Shown here piece after piece: positions 18,539 to 27,353 of a DNA stretch of 64,000 nucleotides. Every line of letters starts with the position of its first letter. The stretch's first letter is position 1. Location of the stretch: positions 3,440-67,439 of the forward strand of contig JAFIFA010000063.1 of the NCBI GenBank assembly GCA_020832225.1, read 5' to 3'. Below the pieces are notes generated by a model. The model saw only the letters and a list, made by a program, of their open reading frames with translations, was not told the origin of the DNA and made no database searches. The stretch is from Balneolaceae bacterium (GTDB taxonomy: Bacteria > Bacteroidota > Rhodothermia > Balneolales > Balneolaceae). Made by a program: the position numbers and the translations under genes.

Positions 18539-18691
18539 AATACTGTCTCATTTTTTGGCATGAGACAGATCACAACACCGTGTTAGGTCACGGATCGGAT
18601 TCTTCTCATGCCGAATTTATTATTAGTAAGCTTGTTTAAGTAAAAACAACTCGGAGGTTCGTCCATGGTTGTAAAGTCTGGTTATGATTGA
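18539..18691 (-). promoter_or_regulatory. Candidate structured 5' leader of mgtE with mutually exclusive hairpins and uORFs
   Basis: GGCATGAGA (18604-18612) is complementary to TCTCATGCC (18557-18565). TGTCTCAT (18560-18567) is complementary to ATGAGACA (18544-18551). The two pairings share TCTCAT. There is an inner hairpin CCGTG/CACGG (18578-18593). Confidence 0.35.
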
Positions 18692-19438
18692 TTACCAGAG
18701 ACTATCAGGTGTAATGGCGATTCCCACGTTTAAACCGGGGTAGTCCATACCGCTTCGGAAGCCCTGGCCGTAGGTTACATCCATCTCCACCAGATCAGGG
18801 ACAATCGAGAAGCGAAAGCCACCCTGGAATGATGGGGTTTCAAAATTGGCCGTAAAGATTTCAGAGAGAATGGCTACACGTTCGCTTAGTGCAAAATCGC
18901 CCCGGATTCCCGTGGTGAAAGCCCACTCCCACTCTGAGCCTGCCGAGCCATTGGCTACCTCGACAAACTCGTTGTTGGTACCTTCAATACCCAAATTGAT
19001 ATGAAGTACTGATGCCTGATCGGGAAGCATCATGCTTACAGGGATGTAGGAGAAAAACTCCTCGATCTCTCCGTCAAAGTTAAAAACTGGTGCTGCAACC
19101 AATCCGTAAGCATATCCCTCCGCTTCCAGATCTCCTGGAACAGCCTTGAATTCAAGGAGCCAGTTGGCGGCTTCAAAACCATTTGAGCTATCAAAAATGA
19201 GGCCGGACGCAAATTCGAGCCAGGGTGTTACTGCGATGCCGGGCTGAAACCAGGACTCCTCAGTTCCATACCAAGCCTCAACCTGGAAAGAAAGCTCAGT
19301 GGTAACTGCCGCATCATCAACAATCATCTGCTGTGCATCGGCTCTGTTGTGAAGGATGGCAAGCGAAAAGATTGCAAGTATGGTTACTGCTTTTAGCAAG
19401 GTCTTTGTGTTTCTTCTTTTTTCAGTCATTTTAATCAC
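18692..19438 (-). CDS. Putative outer-membrane beta-barrel protein
   Basis: Signal peptide (…HNRADAQ), alternating amphipathic strands, aromatic-rich sequence and a C-terminal W. No named family recognised. Confidence 0.6.
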   Translation of the reverse strand: MIKMTEKRRNTKTLLKAVTILAIFSLAILHNRADAQQMIVDDAAVTTELSFQVEAWYGTEESWFQPGIAVTPWLEFASGLIFDSSNGFEAANWLLEFKAVPGDLEAEGYAYGLVAAPVFNFDGEIEEFFSYIPVSMMLPDQASVLHINLGIEGTNNEFVEVANGSAGSEWEWAFTTGIRGDFALSERVAILSEIFTANFETPSFQGGFRFSIVPDLVEMDVTYGQGFRSGMDYPGLNVGIAITPDSLW

Positions 19439-19822
19439 CTTTTTAGGGGCATTAGTCTGTAAAAAAAACAGAAAACAGTCCCAATTCTCAAATGAATGGG
19501 ATGCTCGTAAGCTGAATAGAGAGGATAAGTTACACCATCATTGTAAACATACTTCTTTTACCCTCTTTTCTTAAATCAAGAGGTGATTACGAATAGTAAG
19601 AGAGTGATGTGTGCACCGGAGAAGAGCGACCGGTGCATGGACTAAAAAATAGCGAGTGCCCGGGCTTAATCTTCGGCTGATACCTCTGATTCAGCAGTGT
19701 TTCTTAAAGTACAACTACTACCGGGTTCGTCCATTTTAGTTTAAATATTATTGATGTTGAGTGCTTTCTTTTGAAAGCGAGCAAGGGATAGGACTTTATT
19801 TCTGAAATTGAAAGTAATTTGG

Positions 19823-22800
19823 TCACTCTTTTTGCTTTCTGGTGAAGTGCCAGTCGAAAAGCAGTGGTATAACAATCATATTGAGCATGGTTGCAGTGAC
19901 CAATCCTCCCAGAATTACCGATGCCATTGGCCCCTGTATCTCATTGCCCGGCTGACTTCCAGTTAACACCAGAGGCATTAGGGCAAGTGCGGTTGTAATC
20001 ACGGTCATCATAATTGGCTGCAGACGATTTAGCGAACCGGTGAGCACCGCTTTCCTGACACTCATCCCCTTCTGTTTGATCAGCTCATTGTACTGGTCAA
20101 TTAAGATGATTCCGTTTCTGACAGCAATCCCAAAGAGAGTGATAAACCCAATCAAGCCGGCAATACTCAAAATGCCGCCTCCAAAACGTACAACAAACAG
20201 ACCGCCAACCAACGCAAGTGGCAGGTTCAACAAAATAAGTAGTGCCTGACTAGAGGATCGAAATACGGCATGAAGTGCAAGGTAGATCAAAATCAGGGAG
20301 AGGATGCTCACCATCAGAATGGTTTGTGTAGCCTGACGTTCCTGCTCAAACTGCCCCTCGAATGAGAGAACATAACCGCCGCTAAGGTCAAGCTCATCAT
20401 TGGCAAGTTCTCTAAGGCGCTCCACAGTTCCGCTAAGGTTGCCACCGGTAATGTTGGCCTGCGTGACAATCATTCGGCTCGCATTCTCCCGCGAAATGGT
20501 ATTAGGGGCGTGATTTATGCGAACTTCAGCGAGATCGCCAATACGGACGTGATTGCCGTCGGCCACCTCGATTGTTGTTTTTCTGATCGATTCCGGACTT
20601 GCCCTGTACTCTTCCGGATATCTCACCACGAGATCAAATATGGCAGGATCCCTGTAGATCTGATCGACCACAACGCCTCGAAATGCCATCTCTACAATTT
20701 CACCAAAACGGCCAGCAGATATCCCGTGCATCGCAAGCATTTCACGATCGGGCAGAATTTGGATTTGCTGAACATCCATCTGTTCATCAGTCAGGATATC
20801 CTCAATATTATCCTGCGACTGCAGTATCCGTTCAATATCGTGGCTGATAGACTGCAAACGCTGCCTGTCCGGACCAAAAACCTTTACGGCAAGATTGCTT
20901 CGGACGCCGGTGAGCATGTGATCGATTCGATGGGTAATAGGCTGATCGAAGGAGACCATCATACCCGGAAGAACCGAAACCATCTCCCGCAGTTCATCCA
21001 TCAGTTCATCCATTCTGTAGGAACCGTTTTCCAACAAGATCTCAATCTCATGGCCGTGGGAGCCCATGGTGTGTTCATCCATTTCGGCACGGCCAACCCT
21101 GCGGGCTGTGGAAATTACTGCGGGGTGCTCCAGGAGTACCTCTTCGAGCCTGTAGCCCAGCTCATTGCTCTCTTCCAGTGACGTACCCGCCAGGGTAGCC
21201 ATGCCCACATTCAGCGATCCCTCATTGAATTCAGGCAGAAAGGAGCGCCCCATTCCGGGGATGAGCAGCAGCGATATCACAAACAGAATTGCGACTCCTG
21301 CAAGAACGCCATAGCGATACCGGAAACTTGAGACGAGAACCGGTTGATAGAACTCCTCAAGCTTGCGGGAAATCCAGCTCTTCTTTTCCTCGCTGCTGTC
21401 GTTTTCAGAATCCTTCAAGAGCCAGGCGCTCATCGCAGGTGTGAGGGTAAGCGCCACAAGAAGTGATGCGATGATCGTGGTTACATAGGCAATTCCCAGC
21501 GGCATCAGCAGACTTCCTTCCAGACCTGAAAGAAAGAAGAGGGGCAGAAATACCACGACGATCGTGAAATTGGCAAGTACAATCGGATTTTTGATCTGAA
21601 TGGAGGCCTTTGCGATAATCGTCAGAAATGGCGTTCGTTCCTCTTTCGGCAGGGCGCGGTTCTCCCTGAGCCGACGGAATACATTTTCCACAAAGACAAT
21701 GGCATCATCAACAAGCACACCAATGGCAATGGCAATACCCCCCAGGGTCATGGTGTTGAAGGTCATTCCGGCCATCCATAAAACGAGCACGGAGATGATG
21801 ACGGAAACCGGGATTGCTACCAGTGAGATCAGGGTAGCCCGCCAGTTGTTTAGAAAGATGAATAGTATCAGCACAACCAGAATCCCGCTGATAAAAAGTG
21901 CATTTAGCACATTATCAATTGCGATGTCGATAAAATGAGCCTGCTGAAACAGGTCGGTATAGACGGTCACATCATCCGGCATCGCCGATGTGAGATCGTT
22001 GAGGCGGTTTTCAATGTTGCGGGTCAGGTTAAGGGTATTTGCGGCCGGTTCTTTTGATATGACCAGAATGACGCCAGGTGATGCATTTATCGAGGCGGCG
22101 CCAATAGCCGGAGCCGCTTTGGTTTCAACGTTGGCGATATCCCGCAGAAGAATCGGGTAGCCGTCGCTATCTCTTGTGACAAATGCCTGGCCGATCTGAT
22201 CTACATCTGAAGCACGACCAAATCCGCGTATGGTGAGTTCGCGTCCGGAGTGGTTTGTAAATCCACCGGAAATACTACCGGATGCATTTCTTGCAGCATC
22301 CAGAACCTGATCCACGGAAATGGAGAGTTGTTCAAGCTGGACGGGATCGGGTTCAATGACGAACTCCTGCTTATCACCCCCATAAACCGAAATAGCGGCA
22401 ACTCCCGGCATGGCGAGCAGTTCCCTGCGAACCACGAAATCAATTTCGGTTCGCAGATCCATCATGGAGGTCTCTTCTGCGGTGAAGCCGGCAAGCATAA
22501 TTTCTCCCATAATGGAGGTTACCGGCGCCAGAAAAGGTGCCCCTGCCTGAGATGGCAGCTGATCGCTCATCCCCTGCAATCGCTCTGTGGTGATCTGACG
22601 AGCCTGCTGCACATCCACATTCCAGTCGAACTCTACCTGAACGGATGAAAAACCAAGTATGGATCGGGATTGCACGCGCCGCACTCCTTCTGCACCCACC
22701 ATACCCGATTCGATGATGTATGTAATGAGCTGCTCAACCTCTTCGGGCGGCATTCCCGGCGCTTCGGTAATTACGGTAACGACAGGAGCAGATACATCCG

Positions 22801-22918
22801 GAATTACATCGACAGCCATATCGCGGGTGAGAAAATAGCCCCCGATAACAAGAATCACGGTCAAGACAATGACGGCCAGCCGCTCATCGATACTTTTTTG
22901 AATCAGATTATCCAGCAT
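19823..22918 (-). CDS. CusA/CzcA-family heavy-metal efflux RND transporter
   Basis: About 1030 aa with 12-TM RND architecture. The N-terminus MLDNLIQKSIDERLAVIV is typical. The start is set at ATG 22918, 4 nt after the adaptor stop. The track start at 22945 overlaps the adaptor gene. Confidence 0.92.
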   Translation of the reverse strand: MLDNLIQKSIDERLAVIVLTVILVIGGYFLTRDMAVDVIPDVSAPVVTVITEAPGMPPEEVEQLITYIIESGMVGAEGVRRVQSRSILGFSSVQVEFDWNVDVQQARQITTERLQGMSDQLPSQAGAPFLAPVTSIMGEIMLAGFTAEETSMMDLRTEIDFVVRRELLAMPGVAAISVYGGDKQEFVIEPDPVQLEQLSISVDQVLDAARNASGSISGGFTNHSGRELTIRGFGRASDVDQIGQAFVTRDSDGYPILLRDIANVETKAAPAIGAASINASPGVILVISKEPAANTLNLTRNIENRLNDLTSAMPDDVTVYTDLFQQAHFIDIAIDNVLNALFISGILVVLILFIFLNNWRATLISLVAIPVSVIISVLVLWMAGMTFNTMTLGGIAIAIGVLVDDAIVFVENVFRRLRENRALPKEERTPFLTIIAKASIQIKNPIVLANFTIVVVFLPLFFLSGLEGSLLMPLGIAYVTTIIASLLVALTLTPAMSAWLLKDSENDSSEEKKSWISRKLEEFYQPVLVSSFRYRYGVLAGVAILFVISLLLIPGMGRSFLPEFNEGSLNVGMATLAGTSLEESNELGYRLEEVLLEHPAVISTARRVGRAEMDEHTMGSHGHEIEILLENGSYRMDELMDELREMVSVLPGMMVSFDQPITHRIDHMLTGVRSNLAVKVFGPDRQRLQSISHDIERILQSQDNIEDILTDEQMDVQQIQILPDREMLAMHGISAGRFGEIVEMAFRGVVVDQIYRDPAIFDLVVRYPEEYRASPESIRKTTIEVADGNHVRIGDLAEVRINHAPNTISRENASRMIVTQANITGGNLSGTVERLRELANDELDLSGGYVLSFEGQFEQERQATQTILMVSILSLILIYLALHAVFRSSSQALLILLNLPLALVGGLFVVRFGGGILSIAGLIGFITLFGIAVRNGIILIDQYNELIKQKGMSVRKAVLTGSLNRLQPIMMTVITTALALMPLVLTGSQPGNEIQGPMASVILGGLVTATMLNMIVIPLLFDWHFTRKQKE

Positions 22919-22922
22919 AAGA

Positions 22923-24440
22923 TTAGTGATCGTGGTCGTCTTCAATTTGAACGTTGCCCGTCATCAGGTGAAGCGGATAGATACCCTGTGTAACCACTCT
23001 TTCTCCCTCTTCAAGACCTTCCGTGATGGCTGTCCACCCACCGTAACTGCCTCCGGTCTGCACCATACGTCTTTCAAACTGATCGCCGGAGTGAACGATG
23101 AAGATCACCTTGTGGGATTCATTGTCGAAAAGGGCCTCATTTGGAACCGCAGGAAAATATTGCCCTTCACTACCTTTCAGCCTAACCCGGACAGGCTGAT
23201 TCAGAGAGAATGAACCACTGCTGTTATCAACAGAGAGGGTGATTTTGGAACGGCTGCCGGAGGCATCACTTCGAAGATCGCGGCTCACGAGACTGACTTC
23301 AGATTGGCTGAGGGTAACCCGTTCATCCCGGTTCATAACAATTTCAGCCCCGGTTATTTCGGGAAGGCCGGCCAGTTCATTTCGATTTGCGAGAACCTCC
23401 AGCCATAGGTAACGAGGATCAAACAGGGTGAAAAGAAGATCACCCTGCCTCACTTCGCGTCCCGAAACAACGTATGATTCGGCCACAACGGCACTCTGTA
23501 CGGCGTTCAGGTAGAGATCGCTCCCCGCATCTTCAATCGTTGCGCCATGATGGGTGCTTTCAATGAAGTGATGATAACCGGCTCGTCTTACCTCATACTC
23601 CCTCTCCCTCTGCTGATATTCGCGAAGTGAAATGGCATCATTTTCAAGCAATCTTTCGGCGCGTTCAAAAGCCTCTTTGGCCTGCTCATAAGCCAGTCGC
23701 TGACCTGTCCATGAGTTCTCAGATGAAAACTGAGGTGAAATAGCTACCAAACGATCACCGCCCTCAACCGTAATTCCGGGGGAAGGCAGTATACCTGAGT
23801 CATTGAGATCGATATGTCCATCTACCGGAGATCTGACCTCATAATAGTGTTGAGGATTCTGGAGAATGGTTCCGAATCCGGCAACAACATCAGGGATTTC
23901 ACGAGTTGATGCGACATCTGATTTGATCGACATCTGCCACTGCATCGGCTTTTCCAGTACGGCCAGGTCATCCACGTCAGGTTCTTCGGGATGACCGGCA
24001 TATCGGTATACGGAGCCCAACTCAATCTCATACTCTTCATCACCGATCTGAAAAATGACGGCGAGCTGCGGTTCATCCGAGTCCTCGAAAAAGAGTTCGA
24101 ATGGGAAAATACCGTTGCGCCTTGCCTCAAGCTCCTGGGCAGTTACGGAACGCCTATTTTCCATGAAATGGATCTCACCGGAGAGGTGCTCTACCGGTGA
24201 CTTGCCTTCAGAAACAAATAGTTCGCCCTCAATACGCCCGGAATTTTCATGGAGTTCAAAGCGGGCAAAAACCTCCAGGCCGGCGTCCCAGAACGTGAGA
24301 CGGTGGTACTCTTCATGAGAGTGTGAATGATCATCTGAGTGGCTGTGTGAATGTTCATGGCCATGCTCTTCACAGGCAGTGAGACCGACTATAATCAGAA
24401 TAATAAGAAGTGGTAAGAATCTGGCTAACATATCGATCAA
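22923..24440 (-). CDS. Efflux RND periplasmic adaptor (CzcB/CusB-like) with a His-rich N-terminus
   Basis: Lipobox GLTAC, then HGHEHSHSHSDDHSHSHEEYH. Membrane-fusion-protein beta-barrel/lipoyl-like core. C-terminal EDDHDH. Confidence 0.88.
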   Translation of the reverse strand: MIDMLARFLPLLIILIIVGLTACEEHGHEHSHSHSDDHSHSHEEYHRLTFWDAGLEVFARFELHENSGRIEGELFVSEGKSPVEHLSGEIHFMENRRSVTAQELEARRNGIFPFELFFEDSDEPQLAVIFQIGDEEYEIELGSVYRYAGHPEEPDVDDLAVLEKPMQWQMSIKSDVASTREIPDVVAGFGTILQNPQHYYEVRSPVDGHIDLNDSGILPSPGITVEGGDRLVAISPQFSSENSWTGQRLAYEQAKEAFERAERLLENDAISLREYQQREREYEVRRAGYHHFIESTHHGATIEDAGSDLYLNAVQSAVVAESYVVSGREVRQGDLLFTLFDPRYLWLEVLANRNELAGLPEITGAEIVMNRDERVTLSQSEVSLVSRDLRSDASGSRSKITLSVDNSSGSFSLNQPVRVRLKGSEGQYFPAVPNEALFDNESHKVIFIVHSGDQFERRMVQTGGSYGGWTAITEGLEEGERVVTQGIYPLHLMTGNVQIEDDHDH

Positions 24441-24444
24441 AACG

Positions 24445-25710
24445 TTATTGGTTAATAAACTCCCGTCCGCTCATCGCTTCAAGCTCCATAATCATGCTGT
24501 AGTATTCAGAAAGCTGGCTGAATTTGGTTTGATAGGTGTCTGCCATCAGGCCGAGGGTGTTCAAAAAGCCGCTGAGTGACTGTGTTCCCTCTTCATAGGA
24601 GATGGAGAGGGCATTCAAAAAACGTTCAGGCTGGTTGAGGTGGTCGGGAAATCGCTCCAGTTGCTCTTCATAGTGCTGAATGGCGTTCAAAATTCTGAAG
24701 GTATTCTGATTCCTTTCGATTTGGGCCTGAGTCAAGTTGGTCTCTTCAATCTGTTGAAGTGCCCGTGCCTGAGAAATCGCTTCTGAGCTGGAGTTCAGAA
24801 TCGGGAGCGGAACCGCAATACCCACCAGAAAACCTCTCCAATTCCGGTTGAGCTGCTTATAACCGGCCGATAGCTCTAAAGATGGAAACCGGCTGCTTCG
24901 GGCAAATGCCTCTTCAACAGCAGCTGTTTCAACGGCCTTGCGATAGGCGTCCATTTCCGGAGACTGATCAAGTATAGTCAGGAGTTCTGCGGTTTCGGGT
25001 AGTTGAACATCGGTCTGTTGAAAGTTGCCGGTAAAATGTATTTCGGTCTCCTCGTCAAAGCCCATTCGATTGCGCCAAAGCGCGATCAAATGATCATTTT
25101 CCAGTTTTCGTTTATCAATTCTGGCTTCGAGCTGGTAGAGGCTCATCTTTATCATCTGATTATCGAGTACGGATGCCTCACCTTCTCCGGCAATCTGTTC
25201 TGAAGCATCGGCCAAGCGCTGCAGCTGATCCATCATCTCTTTTAGCTGCTCTACCTCCTGCTTGCCAAGAACGATCTCTATAAAACCGAGTCTTGTGGCG
25301 GAAAGCCATTCAGCACGCTCCGTCTCAGCCTGATAATCATAGAGATCGATCCGGCTGTCTCGCCGCTCTCTCAGATTTCGATAGTGGCCGGGAGTGCGAA
25401 ACTCTTTTTGCAGGTACAGGTAGTGTTCATATTCGGACTCTCCCCCAATGTCCAGGTGTTCCAAATCGTAGGCCAACGAGGGATTGAGGCGGGTTGCTGA
25501 TGCGCGTTCACCCTCTGCAGAATAATTGAACCTGTTTTCAAACTGCTGCCACTGCGGGCTATACTGCTGCGAGAGCTCTTTGATCTGATGAAGTTCAACT
25601 TCAATTACCTGAGCATGGGAAGGGTTGGCTGATAAGATCAAAATAAGAGCCATGCCCGCCAGAAAGCTCATTTTTTTAGCCGTTAACTTTTCTGTAGGTA
25701 ATGAGCTCAT
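24445..25710 (-). CDS. TolC-family outer-membrane efflux protein (CzcC-like)
   Basis: Signal peptide (SANPSHAQ) and two-repeat coiled-coil OEP architecture. It is the first gene of the three-gene efflux operon, with 4-nt spacers between genes. Confidence 0.85.
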   Translation of the reverse strand: MSSLPTEKLTAKKMSFLAGMALILILSANPSHAQVIEVELHQIKELSQQYSPQWQQFENRFNYSAEGERASATRLNPSLAYDLEHLDIGGESEYEHYLYLQKEFRTPGHYRNLRERRDSRIDLYDYQAETERAEWLSATRLGFIEIVLGKQEVEQLKEMMDQLQRLADASEQIAGEGEASVLDNQMIKMSLYQLEARIDKRKLENDHLIALWRNRMGFDEETEIHFTGNFQQTDVQLPETAELLTILDQSPEMDAYRKAVETAAVEEAFARSSRFPSLELSAGYKQLNRNWRGFLVGIAVPLPILNSSSEAISQARALQQIEETNLTQAQIERNQNTFRILNAIQHYEEQLERFPDHLNQPERFLNALSISYEEGTQSLSGFLNTLGLMADTYQTKFSQLSEYYSMIMELEAMSGREFINQ

Positions 25711-25878
25711 AAATCAGTGTCTGCTGATGGAAAAAATGAATTTGGGAAAAGAGAGTCTAAGAAAGACAACTGTGAATATAGAACTGAGGTTTAGAGATTG
25801 CTTGCCATGGCACGTAATTTCTGTGTTTTCAAGCCGCATTTACAATTTTTAAATCTATCGAGCCTGAATATGGGGAAA

Positions 25879-25901
25879 ATGGATGGTTTAAATTCATCCA
25901 T
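25879..25901 (-). terminator. Possible weak terminator after the DUF4105 gene
   Basis: ATGGATG/CATCCAT 7-bp stem with a 9-nt loop. On the minus strand it is followed by TTTTCCCC. Confidence 0.4.
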
Positions 25902-25963
25902 TTAGGACTCTTTAGTCTTTGCGTCAGATTGATTTAAGAAAATTTTTCTTCAAAAAGCGATAT

Positions 25964-27190
25964 TCAACCCTTAGTGCCCACTCCATTGGCAGAACGTAGC
26001 TGTTCAGGCATAAAACGATGTCCCACACCGATCCAGAAACTTCTGATTGAGAGCAGAAAGAGAAATGGAAGTATGGCGAGGGGCAGGGTTTGTGGCCAGA
26101 GTGCCCAGCCAAGAATAAGGATAATACAGACAGCTGAATGGGCGAGCAGATAGATTTTAATCCAAGATGGCCTCTCATTGTATGATCGCACTATCCATGG
26201 AAGCAGTATCAAGTGGAACGGCCAGGCCCAGAATAGGTGCATATTCGGTGAGGTGACATTGTGAAGCGAAATGAACCATAAAAATGTAATCAAAAGGCCA
26301 AGTATGCCAGTGGTTGCAAAGAGCGGCAGATCAAACCACCGAACAACAAATTTTCTCTCACGGTAGCCTCTCATTGTTACGAGAACTCCGGCGATCAGCA
26401 GAAACCACATCAAAATGGAGGCAAGGGGAATTACGGTTGATGGCTCTTCATCGATCCGGACAAGCGTTCGTGTTTCTGAGACGAGCGGCTGCTCTTCGCC
26501 ATCAGACAAAATGGAGGCACTGTCGAAGGCCATCATCAGGTAGTCTGGCAGAAACATCTCCTCGGTGTAGTCTGCCTCACGATCGATGTCGCTACCAAGC
26601 AGCAGGTTGATGCCGAGGTAGATAAACGACCGATGCCCGGTATATTGATTGAGCATATCCCGAAACGTAAAGGTCTCTTCCGTAAAGGGTCTGAACTGTA
26701 CATCATCACCAAACACTTCACAGAGTGCATCACGGATTCTGGTTGAGCAGTTATCGAACAGAAAATCGTAGCGGTAGTAACGATTCTCTTCAAGAGCGTT
26801 CTCCGTCAGAAAATCGTAGAGGCGCTGTTTTTGATCTCTATTCAGATTCAGAACCTGTTCTTCAACAAACCGCCCCCGGTCTTCGTAATAACGCAAGGCC
26901 ACCCGCGTCGAAACCACTGAGAGAAAATAGTCCAGTTTTCCGTAAACAAACCTTGGAAGGAAGAACTGATCAAACTCGAAGGCTCCGTAGTTGAAAAGGT
27001 GATCGATGCCAGCCTCAGGGTCTAAGACACGGACGGCGCTGTGGCCAAATAGCTCTTCGGGCGAATCGGCCGTTCCGATGGTGAGCAGGGATATCTGCGC
27101 CTGCTCCGAAAGCTGGCGCGACTGTGCTTCGGCCATCTGATGAATGGGAATCAGAAGGGCAAGAACCAGTAGAGGTAGAAATTTCTTCAA
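25964..27190 (-). CDS. DUF4105 domain membrane protein (Lnb-like N-terminal periplasmic domain plus C-terminal TM bundle)
   Basis: Signal peptide, GHSAVRVLDPEAGIDHLFNYGAF (DUF4105 core), then about 5 C-terminal TM helices. Confidence 0.72.
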   Translation of the reverse strand: MKKFLPLLVLALLIPIHQMAEAQSRQLSEQAQISLLTIGTADSPEELFGHSAVRVLDPEAGIDHLFNYGAFEFDQFFLPRFVYGKLDYFLSVVSTRVALRYYEDRGRFVEEQVLNLNRDQKQRLYDFLTENALEENRYYRYDFLFDNCSTRIRDALCEVFGDDVQFRPFTEETFTFRDMLNQYTGHRSFIYLGINLLLGSDIDREADYTEEMFLPDYLMMAFDSASILSDGEEQPLVSETRTLVRIDEEPSTVIPLASILMWFLLIAGVLVTMRGYRERKFVVRWFDLPLFATTGILGLLITFLWFISLHNVTSPNMHLFWAWPFHLILLPWIVRSYNERPSWIKIYLLAHSAVCIILILGWALWPQTLPLAILPFLFLLSIRSFWIGVGHRFMPEQLRSANGVGTKG

Positions 27191-27294
27191 AAATCTGGAG
27201 GATCAGTTTGGTCGTTGAAAAAACTACGGGTGTGAGTCCGGATTGTTGTTCAGGCAGTCCGAATGTCCCGCATAAGATAGCTTTGGGTGGGGAA

Positions 27295-27331
27295 ATAAAA
27301 AAAGGCGGATCATTGACCCGCCTTTTGCTTT
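27295..27331 (-). terminator. Bidirectional intrinsic terminator after the DUF4953-type metalloprotease gene
   Basis: A-run, AGGCGG (27303-27308), loop, CCGCCT (27318-27323), TTTTGCTTT. On the minus strand the hairpin is followed by a T-run. Confidence 0.75.
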
Positions 27332-27353
27332 AAAAAGTTCTGTTCGGATGGAA

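Noticed and set aside
18539-18691. A known M-box (ykoK) Mg2+ riboswitch upstream of mgtE.
   Set aside because: The only M-box-like word (GTTAGGT at 18582-18588) is on the plus strand, which is antisense to mgtE. The 153-nt spacer lacks the other conserved M-box segments I can recall. I report the leader only as an uncharacterised candidate.
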